This document shows positions 63,113-64,000 of a stretch of DNA of 64,000 bases, one piece after another. Source of the stretch: Gemmatimonadota bacterium (GTDB lineage: Bacteria > Gemmatimonadota > Gemmatimonadetes > Palauibacterales > Palauibacteraceae). The notes under the pieces are model-generated. The model had not been told where the DNA came from, searched no databases, and worked only from the letters and a program-made list of their open reading frames with translations. Location of the stretch: NCBI GenBank assembly GCA_039588275.1, contig JBDHAC010000024.1, positions 1-64,000 on the forward strand. Direction: 5' to 3'. Position numbers and translations under genes: made by a program. Position 1 is the first letter of the stretch; every line of letters begins with the position of its first letter.

Positions 63113-64000
63113 ATGACAGGAGCCAGAAGCTCCACGTCCGCCGGCGACCTGACCCTGGCGGATATAGCGGAGCGAATCGGGGGCGTCGTCCAGGGGGAGC
63201 CGGAGCTGAGGATCCGCGGCGTGGCCCCGGTGCGTGACGCCGGGCCGGACCAGCTGGGTCTCCTCGCGGCGCGCCGGTACGTCAGATTCGTCGAAGATTC
63301 GCGCGCGGGCGCCCTGTTGGTCTCATCGGACTTGGCCGAGACGGTGCCCGCCGACAGGTCGTGCGTCATCGTGCAGGACCCCCATCGGGCGCTGCCGAGC
63401 TTGCTCGAACATTTCCACCCACCCTCCGGGCGGCGGCCCGGGATCCACCCGACCGCGATCGTGGGGTCCGGTGTGTCGCTGGGAGAACGCGTGCGGATCG
63501 GCGCCTACGCGGTGATCGAGGACCACGCGCGAATCGGTGACGACGTGGCGATTGGCGCCCATTCCTGTGTCGGGCCGGATGTGTCCATCGGCGACCGGAC
63601 CGTGCTTTACCCGCACGTGGTCCTCTACGCGGGGGTTACGGTTGGAGCCGATGTCATCCTCCACGCCGGCGTTCGTCTCGGTGTGGATGGGTTCGGCTAC
63701 GTCACGGTCGACGAGCGACACCGGAAGATCCCGCAGGTGGGAGGGTGCGTCATCGAGGACGACGTCGAGATCGGCGCGAACGCGTGCGTCGACCGGGGCT
63801 CGATCGGCGATACGAGAATCGGGGAGGGCACCAAGCTCGACAACCTCGTCCACATCGCCCACAACGTGCAGCTCGGCGAGCTGTGTCTGTTCGCAGCGGG
63901 GGTGGGGATCGCGGGCTCGACCCGGATGGGGAAGGGTGTGGTGTTCGGGGGCCACGCGGGCGCGATCGATCACATCGAGATCGGAGACGGTGCGAGCGCC
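63113..64000 (+). CDS. lpxD: UDP-3-O-(3-hydroxyacyl)glucosamine N-acyltransferase; partial, runs off the window
   Basis: My translation from ATG 63113 (GAGGAG RBS) gives LTLADIAERIGG, GIHPTAIV, hexapeptide repeats, DGFGY, KIPQVGG..IEDDVEIGAN..VDRG and TKLDNLVHIAHNV. Confidence 0.93.
   Translation, partial: MTGARSSTSAGDLTLADIAERIGGVVQGEPELRIRGVAPVRDAGPDQLGLLAARRYVRFVEDSRAGALLVSSDLAETVPADRSCVIVQDPHRALPSLLEHFHPPSGRRPGIHPTAIVGSGVSLGERVRIGAYAVIEDHARIGDDVAIGAHSCVGPDVSIGDRTVLYPHVVLYAGVTVGADVILHAGVRLGVDGFGYVTVDERHRKIPQVGGCVIEDDVEIGANACVDRGSIGDTRIGEGTKLDNLVHIAHNVQLGELCLFAAGVGIAGSTRMGKGVVFGGHAGAIDHIEIGDGASA

Noticed and set aside
1..64000. Mobile elements, prophage, known defence systems, rRNA/tRNA, riboswitches
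   Set aside because: I recognised no integrase, transposase, phage, RM/Cas or structured-RNA signatures by eye. An Infernal/Rfam scan of the intergenic regions would be needed to exclude riboswitches.

Overview
GC-rich, gene-dense bacterial chromosomal window. The gene content suggests Gemmatimonadota or a similar diderm (inference): an ECF sigma factor with a Ser/Thr kinase, an Oar-type TonB-dependent receptor, PadR with orphan duplicated ABC permeases, a VPS10-like beta-propeller, many Tat substrates and lpxD. I found no rRNA, tRNA, CRISPR array, integrase or transposase. Main loci: (1) ECF-kinase-TBDR operon at 0.7-7.7 kb; (2) peptidases of families S9, M55, M19, a retropepsin and a zincin; (3) a peroxiredoxin-like gene read through an in-frame UGA with a SECIS-like hairpin, facing a CcdA/DsbD-TlpA operon, a candidate periplasmic selenoprotein redox relay and the best finding; (4) a type IV minor-pilin cluster; (5) a TetR-MMPL/RND-LolA-like-OMP-B12 radical SAM cluster with two visible operators and a leaderless autoregulated tetR; (6) an SQR-like flavoprotein; (7) a probable GalNAc/glycoside utilisation cluster of GH109, GalK-like kinase, Gfo/Idh/MocA, FGE-domain, SSS transporter and nucleotidyltransferase; (8) an NCS2 permease, an amidohydrolase and a partial lpxD. 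Three reading-frame lesions are visible near 23.8, 32.9 and 50.9 kb. All family calls come from motif recognition by eye, not database searches.
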